Part shown: positions 37,747-50,524 of the stretch, one piece after another | Numbering within the stretch: the stretch's first letter is position 1 | Layout: each line of letters starts with the position of its first letter | Assembly: GCF_004010195.1 (NCBI RefSeq) | Contig: NC_057718.1 | Coordinates: 96,254,686-96,318,685, forward strand | Source: Chiloscyllium plagiosum | Taxonomy: Eukaryota | Length of the DNA stretch: 64,000 nucleotides | Reading direction: 5' to 3' | Position numbers and translations under genes: made by a program | Notes under the pieces: model-generated | What the model was told of the DNA's origin: nothing | The model's input: the letters and a program-made list of their open reading frames with translations, nothing else | Database searches by the model: none

Positions 37747-38595
37747 CTGTTATGAAGATGTGGGTATACCTTTAAGAGAATTAAAAGCAGCAGAATTAAT
37801 GGACACAGCACGAAGTGTTCTCAAAAAGGTAACAACGTATGTAACACTGGGTCGAACAACTTCATTAGTTTGTTGCTTGGAGACCAAAACAAACTTGAAT
37901 TTGGCCAATCAGTTTAAGTTATACCCAAAATATATCAAACTCCAATCCAGTTTGAAATTAGTATATTGACAATCCTAAAAGCCAATGACACAATCCAATG
38001 GTCTGGAATATAAGACCGGGGAAAATTGAGCAGTTGAGAGGAGAACTGCCATGATCTAGCATGTAAACAGACTGCCTGAAAAACATCTCTCTTAGAAAGG
38101 CACCTTTTCGATCAGTAACCTGTAAAGCAGAAATCCTTAACCAGAAGAAAAGACGACACGGGAAGATCTGAAGACAAGAATTGAAAGCTGCCTGCTTTTA
38201 AGATAAGAAGTGTTGTTTTGTAAATCTTAATTGGGATTTTTATCGGACTAGTATTATAGAAGGGAAAGTAAAAGATAAGCTAGAGAAAGAAACTCAGGAA
38301 CGAGCTTTCAAGAAGGCAGTGCTGAGTCTGAGGGTTGGGACTGAGATAAGAACTCATTCCTGAAGAAGGGCTTATGCCTAGTATTATAGAAGGGAAAGTA
38401 AAAGATAAGCTAGAGAAAGAAACTGTAACTAGTGGGTAGTTAATTATTCTCTGTTATGCGTTAAGAAATAAAGTTGTTAATTTTTACTTCACATAGTTCT
38501 TGGTCACTTGAAGTTTACAGATTACTGCACAGGATAAATCATTTCTGTGTTGCTGGTTTTAAATTAAGCAGGAGGGTTTACCTTGTGTCATAATA
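37747..38595 (+). mobile_element. Probable solo LTR
   Basis: Termini tgttatga...tcataata, CCAAT and TATA-like (tataag near 38009) motifs, aataaa near 38467. Confidence 0.55.
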
Positions 38596-39151
38596 TAACT
38601 GTGCATGGACATTTCCTTCCCCCAAAAGCAATGTGCTGAGGAACTCGGAGAATGGGAGAAATCTTCAGAGGAGGAGGAGGGTGAGGACAATGGGCAGGAG
38701 AAAGCTCTCCTTGTCTGTGGCAGAGCTTTGTATGTTAGATGCTACAACCAGACAGGAGCTGACCAACACCCGCTTCCTGTCAATGAGGGTTGACCATCAC
38801 CAATGGTGGAGTAGCCATTGTGCCAGTTTGCTTTGTGCTGGTGAATTGCACTCTCTCCTCGTTTTAATTCAATTTGTTTTTGCTGGTTGTCAATGAAAGT
38901 TCATGGTTTGGATTGTCCAACAACTTGCCTGTGTGTTCCCCGACTGGATAATAACAAGTCTGTAATGGGACAGAGTAGCAGTGAATCATAAAGGCTGTTT
39001 AAATGGGAGGTAGCTAAGCACAGGTAAACTCTGTGGCCTGGTGGTTAAACAGGCGAGGGGATGGGGTTGTACGTGTGAGGGACAGTCAGCCATATTGGCT
39101 GTGTATCGTAAACAGCATCATTTTGTGGCTATTGTTGCATAATATTGGCTG

Positions 39152-39248
39152 AAAAATGTGTTGCTGGAAAAGTGCAGCAGGTCAGGCAGCATCCAAGGAA
39201 CAGGAGAATCGACGTTTCGGGCATAAGCCCTTCTTCAGGAATCATATT
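39152..39248 (-). mobile_element. PLE subfamily A single-arm mini-insertion
   Basis: 13-bp TSD ataatattggctg at 39139-39151 and 39249-39261. Confidence 0.85.
39206..39242 (-). ncRNA. Minimal hammerhead ribozyme motif, intact core
   Basis: Minus strand attc-CTGAAGA-a-gggc ttat gccc-GAAA-cg-TC-gatt. Confidence 0.75.
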
Positions 39249-39336
39249 ATAATATTGGCTGCGAGGGGCAATGCTAATTGCCAACAATTGTTACAGTGCA
39301 CTGCGGCCAGCAAGGCATGCTGGTCTTTTGGGGTTA

Positions 39337-39622
39337 AAAAAGGAGAAAGTGAGGACTGCAGATGCTGGAGATCAGAGCTGAAAAATGTGTTGCTGGAAAA
39401 GCGCAGCAGGTCAGGCAGCATCCAAGGAGCAGGAAAATCGACGTTTCAGGCATAAGCCCTTCTTCAGGAACGAGCTTTCAAGAAGGCAGTGCTGAGTCTG
39501 AGGGTTGGGACTGAGATAAGAACTCATTCCTGAAGAAGGGCTTATGCCTGAAACATCGATTCTCCTGCTCCTTGGATGCTGCCTGACATGTTGCGCTTTT
39601 CCACCAACACATTTTTCAGCTG
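39337..39622. mobile_element. PLE subfamily A fold-back mini-element with hammerhead cores on both strands
   Basis: Arms 39374-39470 and 39527-39621; 16-bp TSD (2 mismatches) at 39321-39336 and 39623-39638. Confidence 0.88.
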
Positions 39623-40559
39623 TGGTCTTTCGAGGTTATCTGGTGAATGGTGAGCTATCCATGGTAAGATGGAAGATAAGATCAAATCACATGTGAGGGA
39701 TGTCGTAGGGCAGGGCAGTTAATGCGGTGACTTTGGTGAGATCCAGCCAAAAAACCCCTCCGCAAAATCCCACACACTTCACCAAAAGACATTGGGTTTT
39801 CTGATGTACAATGCCCGAGCTATTTGTCTCAATTGTTCTAAATGTTCTATTGTAAACTGCCGCAGGGCGTTACCGCTGTTCAATGATAATGGCATTGTTT
39901 GTCAGCATCCACCCTGAATGTGAACAAGGCCTCACTAACTGGGGAATAAGAAGTGGTTTCAGGTTGAGGAACAAGCAAGTCTCCACAGGACAGTCACCAA
40001 CATAGTGACGTGCACACCACATCAAAAGCATATAAGAATTACTATGTCATGATCGTTCTTAAACAGCTTACAGACCCATCACATTCAACGTGTTTCCAGA
40101 AAATGTGGGGCCATTTGATAAGTTCATAGATGTTCTCGACCAGAATTGCTTCATTGTGGCACAGCCCGGATTGCTAAAGATTTAGAATTTGTACAAGTAC
40201 AAAATAGGACTAACATTTGTGACAGAAATAACTTGGTTATGTTATGAAATGAATCTATTAGAAGCCCATCTGATTACCTTCTCTTTCATATTTTAATCCA
40301 AGTTTGATCCATTTGTTTTAGATAGGCAGCATCTCCAATAGATTTATTGCGACTTTGTGAAGTGTTCAGTGCACTATTATCTCTGATAATGATGTCCCAC
40401 CTTTTAAATTTATTATTAAATCGCTAACACTATTGACAGATGATAGAAAGTCTTTCCCATCAGCTCAAGCCCTTACTTTGGTTAATCACAAGATCAAGAA
40501 GTTCCGACACTGAGATGTTCCCATATTGAAAGGGTCATGAGGCGGAAAAATACACAGAG

Positions 40560-40845
40560 ACTCAGAGTCTAGGACCAGAGGGCATCATCTCTGAATAAGG
40601 AGTCACACATTGAAGACAGAGATGAGGAGGAATTTCTTCCCTCAGAGGGGAATGAAACTGTAGAATTCTTTACCATTCACGCCTGTGGAGGCTCAGTGAT
40701 TAAGCATATTCAAGGTTGAAATAGGCAGGGTTTTAGTCAGTAAGAGAATCAAGGGTTAATGGGAGAGTTGACATGAGGAATCTGATCAGCCATGGCTCCG
40801 TTGAAAAGCAGAGCAGGCGCAATGGGCTGAAAGGCCTATCTATGA
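40560..40845 (+). mobile_element. CR1 3' fragment
   Basis: gagtctaggaccagagggcat...gagatgaggaggaatttcttc. Confidence 0.82.
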
Positions 40846-42002
40846 TATGATAGTCAAAGCCTATCTGGTGCACCAGGGCCTGCTCAGTAGCTGGGTGGTC
40901 ACTTTCAAGAATCTGGCCTCATCACTAATGCTTCAGGAGAACACAAGGCAGACGATTTGAACCAGAATAGGCTTCTCACTGCGTTAGTTGACTGTTCACT
41001 GCTATTGGACCCCAGTTGAAGTTTTAAAATTAGAGAATCGTTTTGTGGTGAGTAACAGGGGAGCTAATCAATCTAAAACATATCCCTAGAGTGGAAAGTA
41101 ATCTGTTGTTTCCTATTTTCTGCTTAACCTCTTTCAGCCTCAGTTTTTATTCAGGTTGTGGACCTAGGCCCTTCATCTGGGTTTCTAAATCATAATATTT
41201 TCATAAGTAAAATATTAAAATTGCATAGCATATGGATTGTCCATTAGTGATGCATACAATTGCATATATAGATACCAGCAACCGTGCGGACAGAAAATTA
41301 CTTCTAGAGAGTTCAGTTCTATATTACAAACAGGGTCTACATTGTCAGCATGACATCATTTCTAATAAAACAGATCTTTCGTTCCATAAACTTTATAAAT
41401 TGTTATTGGAAGCTTTCAATGGTTCCTCTCAATCCTTGCAAAAATACTGTAGTGGATTTTTTTCAAAGTAACTGCTTTCCCACCATTTTGTGCTATGGTA
41501 CAAGTTTACTCTAGCAGATTATTAAGTGAAATATAATCAGTTAACCTTGGTCAAGATCAAAGGAGAGTCTTTGGAGACCTTTTTGAGGAATCCCAACAAC
41601 TCCGGTTGAATTCTGATAGTTTTCTAACATGTTCTATTGGGTGAATGGCTGTAACTAGTTATGTTGTATGAAGAAAATTATGACTTTATAAGTAACTGGG
41701 TCATTTATAGATGGCTCCTGGTGGCAATCTTTTCTTATGATCCACTTGTGCTAAACCCAACAATAGATAAAGTGCTTTTATCTTCCTTATATATTTTCAG
41801 ACTCTTGTTTTCGATAAGCTATTTGCACCTATTCTCACCTTTCAAGTGGAATGGAATGGTCACAGTAGAGTGAGACCATCGCCAGTTTGGAGGGCCAAAC
41901 CTGCCAGCTCTAATTCAGGCCCTTGCCCTGCTAGGCAACGAGGTCCTCAGTACCTTTGAGCAAATTTCCTGCCTCTGAAAGCTGCCAGCCAATCAGAAAC
42001 TG

Positions 42003-42130
42003 GGAGAAAGTGAGGACTGCAGATGCTGGAGATGTCCTGGTCAGATCCAAATTGTGAAGGTCTGAATATAGTTTTGAGTCCGTGCGGGATAAGTTGTTTG
42101 TGTAGGCAGGTACTGAGCCACACTTCCCAA
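42003..42130 (-). mobile_element. PLE terminus fused to a probable N-terminal ORF fragment
   Basis: Perfect 16-bp TSD agccaatcagaaactg at 41987-42002 and 42131-42146; minus-strand peptide WLSTCLHKQLIPHGLKTIFRPSQFG. Confidence 0.7.
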
Positions 42131-43019
42131 AGCCAATCAGAAACTGTCAGCTCTCCCACTGCTAGCAGCACCACAGGGGAAGCAGTGGCCACTTCCAGTA
42201 CTGCAAGACACCCAGGCTGGAGCCTGGAGGATCAATGGGTGAGGCAGAGAGGTGGGGGTGTAGGAAATCACTAGGCACCAGTCAGGTAGGCTTTGGTGAG
42301 GGCAAGGAGTTGGATCAATTTAAAAAACAGACATAGGTCTTTCTGCACCAACAGCTCAAGCCATTGACCATCCCTCCATTCAGCACAGGCTACACAAGTG
42401 GAAAGCACGCCCCAACTAGGCTGACTACATACCCATCAGGGTTAACTTACTGGGTTATCCCATGGCTTAGCCCCTGTCTACCACTGGTATCCATATTAGG
42501 CCCCTAACTGACTCTCCATATGTTACCATGTACAGTCAACTGTAATTGTTCTATATGTGATCTTGCTGTATTCGGATTGGCCACCATTTTTCTTGCATTA
42601 CAACAGTGACTGCACTTAGAAAGAATTCCCTTTGGCTTGGTGATATCGTCAAGGTCTCAAAAGACACTCGCAATCTTTCTAACTATCTAACTATCAGAAT
42701 ATTAAAATTCAGTTGATATGGGATTAGATGTGAAATATGAAGCTAGAGTTACATAGGACACCAAGTGTGTGATTATCAGGTTCGTTCTTAGGTGGGGTCA
42801 GAAGAGTGGAGGAACAGGTTCAGTAAGGAATCTACCATATTGGCTTTAGTATAATCAATGATCCAACAAAGGAATTCCAGCTTATCCATGACATGCTGTC
42901 AAATGAAATTAGGTGGCATAGCAAAAACAAAAAATTATGACTTTACCAGTGATGATGGAGATTTAAAGCAGAGTACCTGGAATGCATTTGGAATCTGATC
43001 TCAGTCACCATATCCATGT

Positions 43020-43709
43020 ATTGCAAGACCTGGATAACATCCAGGCTTCAATTCATAAGTAGCAAGTAGCATTTGCACCACACTAATGCCAAGTGCTGAC
43101 CATCTCCTACAAGATATAAGCTAACCACATTCCCCCTTGACTTTCAATGGCATTACCATTGCTGAATCCCCCATTATCCACATCCCGGAGATTGCCATTG
43201 ACCAGGAACCAGGAACTGGACAGACTACCCTTATAAATATGGTGGTGACAAAAACAGGAATTCTGCAGTAAGTAACCCACCACTAGTCTCTCCAAAGCCT
43301 GACCATCTTCTATAAGGCACAAGCCAGGAATGTGATGGAAAACTCTCCAATTCCCTGAGTAAATGCAGCTCAGTGTGACAGGCTACAGGACAAAGGACCT
43401 GGTTGACATCACATCCAAAAACATTCACTCCCGCTACCATCGATGCTCAGTAGCAGTAGTGCGTACCATCTGCAAGATGTACCACAGAAATTCACCAGAC
43501 CTCCTTAGACAGCACCTTCCAAATCCATGACCATCACCATCTAGAAGGAGAACACAGGAGCAATGCCATTTGTAAGTTCCAATCCAAGCCACTCACCATT
43601 CTGACTTGAAAACATATTGCTGTTCATTCAGTGTCACTGGGTCAAAATCTTGGAACTCCCTTTCTCAAGGCATTGTAGGTTTATTTATACCAAATGGACT
43701 GCAGCTGTT
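43020..43709 (+). mobile_element. L2/CR1-like LINE 3' fragment (resumes at 44326-44375)
   Basis: Homologous to the minus-strand copy at 56870-57495 (LSTIYKAQVRS.MEYSP). Confidence 0.7.
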
Positions 43710-44325
43710 TTTTTTTTGCTTATTTTTTTTCTTTCGCACCTCCAAATCTACAGCAATGCGATTGATTTTTTATTCCCCCCGCACCCATATTGTGTGTGTG
43801 CAGGTGTGAGACACAGTGAAAGACACAAGGTGCAAGAATCATTATTCAGTTTCCACCACCAGGAAGAAAGGAAACACCCGAGTGGCCTGTGACAAGCAGT
43901 GCCCTTCACATCAAAGGGCAATGCTATGTGATCAAACAGTGAAGAGGAGGGCAGGGATTAAATCAAAATAGAGTTGGAGGGGGCGTGGGACTGAAGTGCA
44001 ACCAAAAGCAGAGGAGGAGGTTTTTGAGAAAATCAACAAGGGAGTGAAAACGCCCACACCCAATATATACATGGTTCATGGACTTCACAGCACCACAGAA
44101 CAAGCAGTTGGGCTGGGAGTCCGTGAACCACCACAATCTGCAGTTGCAGGGGACGGCTGCGTGCAGCACCCTCCAACCCAGATCCCCGAGAGAAAGGGGG
44201 AGGACTCCTACGTAGAGAGCCCTCCACTGGGGATCTCCACAGCCCGGTGGCAAATGGGCACACCACGGCATGTCCGGATGGTGGATGAGGGAGAAGAGGT
44301 GGACGGTGTGCAGCAGCAGTCAACA
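43710..44325 (-). mobile_element. Tx1/L1-clade LINE 3' fragment with poly(A) tail
   Basis: DLGWRVLH..CLFCGAVKSMNHVYIGC zf-RVT-like motif; poly(T) at the left end; 13-bp TSD gactg(c/t)agctgtt at 43697-43709 and 44326-44338. Confidence 0.88.
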
Positions 44326-45139
44326 GACTGTAGCTGTTCAAGAAAGCAGCTCTCCATCACCCTCTTAAGGGTAATTAAGGGATTGAAGGTTAGATTGGGA
44401 AGTCAATGCATTAACCCTGTGAACTATAAATTGTAAAAATGATAAAGGCAATTACTAATTGGTAATTCATTAATGTAAAGCTGTGCATTTCTCTGAAGTT
44501 TTACTCATCCAAATGATTGTGACATTTTTAATACCAACTTAGCCAACTATTAAATCCTGATAAGCACTTTGTGCTCAAGTTATGAATACTTGTAGGTTAT
44601 TGGCTTTTGCAAATATAAATCCACAAATTTCTGAAAAAAGTGGCTAAGTATGTTTATTATGGCTCCTTTCCCAGTTTATAACTAATCAGAATTGTGAATT
44701 ACCGCACAACCTAATCCAACATTCGACTTACTTATTGAAAAATGTTAATGGCTAAGAGCTATTTTAATAGATTTATTGCAAATCTTTCATAATTTGTTTT
44801 CTTTACTGCTCACTCTGCACCAATCTGGCTAACAGTTTGAAAGGAAGATATGTCAATTTATGTTCTTTTCAAAAGGCTGCTGATCTTAAAGGAAAGTGAC
44901 ACGGAAAAGATTCCAGGTTAGAAGTTCCTATTGCTACAGGTATGAATGAGTTAATGCTTAATGTATTCCAATGGCAATCTTCAGTGAACACAGGAACAGG
45001 ATGAGGCCATTTAGCCTCACGGAGCCTCTGTTAAAATTAATGTTCTGTTGGGGAATATGGACATCATTCTCAAAGCTAGCATTTGTCGTCCATGCCTAAT
45101 TGCCCTTGAACTGAGTGACTCTTGAGGGCATCTAAGTGT

Positions 45140-45695
45140 CATAGAATCATCGAGATATACAGCACTGAAACAGACCCTTCAGCCATGCTGACCAGATATC
45201 TTAAATTAATTCAGTCCCATTTGCCACCATTTGACTCATATTGTTCTAAACCCTTCCTATTCATGTACCCATCCAAATGCCTTTTAAATATTATAATTGT
45301 ACCAACATCCACCACTTCCTCTGGCAGCTCATTCTATACACACACCACCCTCTGCATGAAAAAAGTTGCCCCTCAAGTCCCTTTTAAATCTTGCCTCTCT
45401 CACCTTAAACCTATGCCTTCTAGTTCTGGACTCCTCTATCTCAGGGAAAAGAGCTTGTCTATTGACCCTACACATGCCCCTCATGATTTTATAAACCTCT
45501 ATAAGGTCACCCTTCAACCTCTGACGCTCCAGGGAAAACAGCCTCAGCCTATCCAGCCTCTCCGTGTAACCCAAACTTTCCAACCCTGGCAATATTCTTG
45601 TAAACCTTTTCTGACCCTTTCAAGTTTAAGAACATCTATCCTATAGCAAGGAGACCAGAATTGAACACGGAATTCCAAAAGGGGCCTCACCAATT
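45140..45695 (-). mobile_element. CR1 3' fragment
   Basis: LFSLERQRLKGDLIEVYKIMRG. Confidence 0.9.
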
Positions 45696-46184
45696 TGAGC
45701 CATTCTAAATATTTTGTTATCACCTTTCAGAAATGTTATGATACACCTCTGGAGGAAGTGGGACTTGAACCTCATGGTTCAGAGATATGGACTGTATCAC
45801 TGTACCATTTTGGTAGAACTATATGCCACTGTACTCATATTGTTCAAATTCATTTCACCGTCAGTTCCTATCCTCTGAACTCTCAAATGGTCAATATTCC
45901 GGGGAGGACTAACACCATTCTTCAGAGACACTGTGAAGCTTTTACTTGACTCAAGGCAGAAGTGATTTACTGACTGAAGAAACTCGAACTAACTATTGAG
46001 AATGGTGTCAACATGTTCAAGCTGCCCCTATACCTTGATGATGAGGTGCAGCAATGGCAGAGGTAAGGAAAAAGAAAGGAATCATATCCTGCACTCTGGA
46101 TCTCACAAGCCCTTGGGAAGTCCTGCCCCAGGGGCAGAAAACAGGCTGAGTGGGCCATCATTGTTGAATTGGAGTCCACTGAGG

Positions 46185-46494
46185 ATTAGATTAGATTAGA
46201 TTACCTACAGTGTAGAAACAGGCCCTTCGGCCCAACCAGTCCACACCGATCCTCCGAAGAGTAACCCACCCATTTCCCTCTGACTAACGCACCTAACACT
46301 ATGGGCAATTTAGCATGGCCAATTCACTTGACCTGCACATCTTTGTGACTGTGGGAGGAAACCGGAGCACCCGCAGGAAATCCACGCAGACACGGGGAGA
46401 ATGTGCTAACTCCACACAGACAGTCGCGAGGCAGGAATCGAACATAGGACCCTGGTGCTGTGAGGCAGCAGTGCTAATCACTGAGCCACCGTGC
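46185..46494 (-). mobile_element. HE1-type SINE
   Basis: Reverse-complement match with (gatta)n tail. Confidence 0.9.
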
Positions 46495-46691
46495 TGCAGT
46501 AAATTATGTGGGGGGATCTTTCAAATAGTGCCCACTCTGCAGCATAAGGTATACATAACATCGGGACAACAATGGTCACCTATAGACTGGATACCTCCTT
46601 GGTGATCATGCTGTGATTTTGAGTTGTGGGTTGGTATCACTGAGTGAGTGACCCATTGAAGTGAGATGGAGGTATTGCTATTGATATTATA

Positions 46692-47190
46692 GTAGACAAG
46701 CAGGAGGCTGGAAGAACACAGCAAGCCAGGCAGCAAGTCAGGAGGTGGAGATGTCAACATTTCAGGTGTAGCCCTTCTTCAGGACTGGGGCTGAGTGTGA
46801 GTGGAGGTGCAGATAAAGGGGATGGTGGGGCAGGGTGGTGAAGTGGGGATAGGTGAAGACAGGTAGAGGGTACAACCTGATTGGTCAATGGGAGGAACAA
46901 ATCCGGTTGGTGACAGGAAGCAGTGGGAGGGAGGGTGAGGGGCTGGGAAGGGAGTCAGGGAATGGGAAGGGAGGTTATTTGAAATTGGAGAGCTCAATGT
47001 TGAATCCTCCAGGCTGTAGGCTGCCCAGGCAGAAGATGAGGTATTGTTCCTCCAATTTGCAGTTTGGTTCATTGTGGCAATGGAGGAGATCAAGGATGGT
47101 CATGTCAGAAAAGGAGTGGGAAGGGGAATGAAAATGGGTGGTGACTGGGAGGTCCGGTCAGCCCCTGCAGGCCCGGCTGAGATGCTTGTT
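46692..47190 (-). mobile_element. PLE subfamily C 3' fragment
   Basis: Terminal repeat like 10300-10400 and 50360-50525; endonuclease C-terminal remnant at 46980-47180. Confidence 0.8.
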
Positions 47191-47706
47191 GAGCCAACTA
47201 TAGAGCAGCCCTTTTTCATTAGCAACCCTTGAAGCACCACTATAACTCCAGCAATGACCAAATGAAGCAGCAATTAAGTTCTACTCTGGGATTTGTTTGC
47301 TGATTTCATACCTCTGTCTACAGGTCCCCTCCTTTCATTCTGGGCCAAGGCATTGCAATCCCTTTCAGTGATGGCTTGTTATATAGCACTGCAGATACTT
47401 GCCAAGCTTATTTTTCATCTCCTTTCCAGATCCCACTTTATCGATTCCCATATTTTAAATTTGGCACAGACAGGATAATCTGCACTGATTAGTGATTCAA
47501 TTCCTGTCCAGAAGTTCTGCAAACTTTTGTCTGTGGACCACCGCTCAGGCAGGGTAAAGTACATCAGAAACCATTGATCGATTAACCTCACGCACTTCTA
47601 CCTGACACCATGTAAAGGTCGATTCTCTTGTTCCCTGGATGCTGCCTGACCTGCTGCGCTGTTCCAGTAACACATTTTCAGCTCACCATGTAAAGAAACT
47701 CATTTG

Positions 47707-48027
47707 AGGGTGGCTCAGTGGTTGGCACTGCTGCCTCACAGCACCCAAGGCCTGGGTTCGATTCCAGCCTTGGGTGACTGTGTGGAGTTTGCGCATCCTC
47801 CCCATGTCTATGTAGGATTCCTCCAGGTGTCCTAGTTTCCTCCCACAATCCAAAGATGTGCAGGTTAGGTGAATTAGCCATGTTAAATTGCCCATAATAT
47901 TCAGGCATGTGTAGGTTAGGGGTAAATGTAGAATAGTAGGGGAATGGGTCTGGGTGGGTTACTCTTTGGAAAGTCTGTGTGGACTTGTTGGTCTAAATAG
48001 CCTGTTTCCACACTGTAGGGATTCTAA
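47707..48027 (+). mobile_element. HE1-type SINE
   Basis: Head, body and tail match. Confidence 0.87.
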
Positions 48028-49599
48028 GAATTAATGGGAAGGAGATAAATAGCTGGAGAAACTCAGCAAGTCTAGTAGCATCCGTAGAGAGAAAGCCGGG
48101 TCAATGCTTCATGTCCAGTGACCCTTCTTTTGAAGACGTTTCTGTTTGTATTTCAGATTTCCAGTATCCACAGTCCTTTGTTTTTTCCCATTTCTTGGGA
48201 AGGAGCTGCTATTTTTGATAGAGCAATGTTGAGGTGATACCTAATGTCTCAGTGGAAAGTTTTAATCTGATGTGAGGCACCAAGTTAATTTGGTTCTTCC
48301 TTCTTTGTTTTCAGTCCCATGGTGCTGAGAATGGGTTGTCTACAGTAACAGTAACGTAAATCTGGCTTGCTAACCTGCATTGTCATTTCTCAGGCTTATG
48401 GCAATGCAAAGAGTGTCTGGCCTGGCCTGTGTGGCATCAAGGAAGAGATAAGGATGAGGGTGAGGGTGCTGGCTTATTTTCCCATCATGCCTCAGCCATG
48501 ACACTGTGCGAGTTGGAGGCTTGTGATTTGGACCAGCCCACAGACCACCTGCAGGAGCCATCCCCAGCAAGCCTTGAGAACCATTGTCCTGGAGTCACAT
48601 CATGAGTTTGTGTTAAACTACAAAATTGAGCACTTTATGTGGGATAGTTTTAACGTCCCTTTGTCTCCCACTTCTAGACTGGAATTGGACACAAATTGGA
48701 GGCCATTTGATTTACCATCCTGTTCACATCGATGACCACTGTTTGATGGCACAGTCAATTAAGAGCTACCTAACTTCACAGTTCCATAAACACCAAGTGA
48801 ATATAGATATTTTTTGTCAACCTGTTTAGATATGTTATGACACATCTCTGACGCAGGCAGGACTTGAACTTTCTGGACCACAGGTATGGCCATTGCTACT
48901 CACTACAAGACCCTACTAAGTAGGTATAGTTATTTCAATCAACCTGTTTAGGCATACCCCTGGCACAAGTGGGACTTGATTCTGCACCTTCTGGCTCAGA
49001 AGCAGGGACATTACCAATTCGTCAAAAGAGTCCTTCATAGGAAACACTTGAATTTGAACCAGGAAACTCCTTGATTTGTTGTCAGACACTAAATGCCCAG
49101 AATTACTGAGTGGGCATAGACTGAGTTGTGATAGTGTTGCAACCCATAGTTCATGGCCATCAAAATATCGCAGGCACATGTAATATAATGGAGTGACTGT
49201 ATTTGTGCACCTGAAACATCAACCATGTCAATTTGAAAAACTCCTGGAGTTTCATAAGAAATGAAAGAAATGAGAACTGGAATTTTCTGAACTAATGTGA
49301 AATATTGGATTTTCACTTTTAGTGTTCACTGTTTTTGCAGGATACAACAGCATAGTGAGTTGGAAGCCAGACAGAATAGTTGGTAAGAACTTGTTTCACT
49401 CCTACCATTCCACTGCACTCTCCTCGGCATTTTTCCAAACTGAGGAATTGCTACAAGGAATAACGTGCTCATCTCCTTGGGATAGAGGGGGAATCCAATT
49501 TGAAAACTTAACCTCAAGCTATATAAATAGATGTATGTGGGTACAAATGCCAAATGTTATGGCAAATATTTATATTCATAACAGACTGTTTTGACCTCG

Positions 49600-50323
49600 A
49601 CTGCAGTCTTGTGCCCGGGATTTGGGGATGCTAGGCGAGTGGGCAAAGATGCGGCAGACAGAATGCAATGTGGGAAAATGTGAGTTTATGCACTTTGGTA
49701 GGAAAGTGAGAGGCATAGACTATTTTCCAAATGAGGAAAAGCTTCGGAAATCTGAAGGACAAAGGGAGTCCTAGTTCAGGATTCTCTTAAGGTTAACGTG
49801 CAGTTAGGAAGGCAAATGCTATGTTAGCGTTTATTTCAAGAGGGCTGGACTGCAAGAATAGAGGGATACTGCTGAGGCTGTGTAAGGCTCTGGGCAGAGT
49901 TCATTTGGAATATTATGCACAGCTTTGTATCTTCCCTGTATCTAAGGAAGAATGTGCGGGCATTGGACAGATTCCAGAGAAGGTTTACAAGAATGATCCT
50001 GGGGATGAAGGGCCTGTTGTATGAGGAGTGGTTGAGGACTTTGGGTCCATAGTCGATGGAATTTTGATAGTTGAGAAGTGGCATCCCATTTTAGAATACT
50101 GAGAGCCCTGGACAGAGGGAATGTGGAATCTGTGGAACTTATTGAGGCAGTAGGCTGTGGAGGTCAATAATTAAGTATCCTTAAGACAGAGATAAGTTTT
50201 TGGTTCATAAGAAGATCAAGGATTATTGGGAGAAAAAAGGACAATGGAGTTGAGAAACATATCAGCCATGATTGAATGATGGGTCAACTGCAATGGGCCA
50301 AATGGTTTCATTCTGTTCCTATA
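49600..50323 (+). mobile_element. CR1 3' fragment
   Basis: CNVGKCEFMHFG, ANAMLAFISRGL and LEYYAQ motifs. Confidence 0.85.
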
Positions 50324-50524
50324 GAAACCAAAAAAAGCTGCAGATGCTGGAATCCAAAGTAGACAGGCAGGAGGCTGGAAGAACACAGCAAGCCAGGCAG
50401 CATCAGGAGGTGGAGACTGCGATGTCTCGGATGTAAACCCTGAAGAAGGGTTAATACCCAAACCGTTGATGCCTCCACCTCCTGATGCTGCCTGGCTTGC
50501 TGTGCTCTTCCAGCCTCCTGCCTG
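50324..50524. mobile_element. PLE subfamily C fold-back mini-element
   Basis: Inverted arms; perfect 16-bp TSD tcattctgttcctata at 50308-50323 and 50525-50540; sense arm starts cCTGAAGA. Confidence 0.88.
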
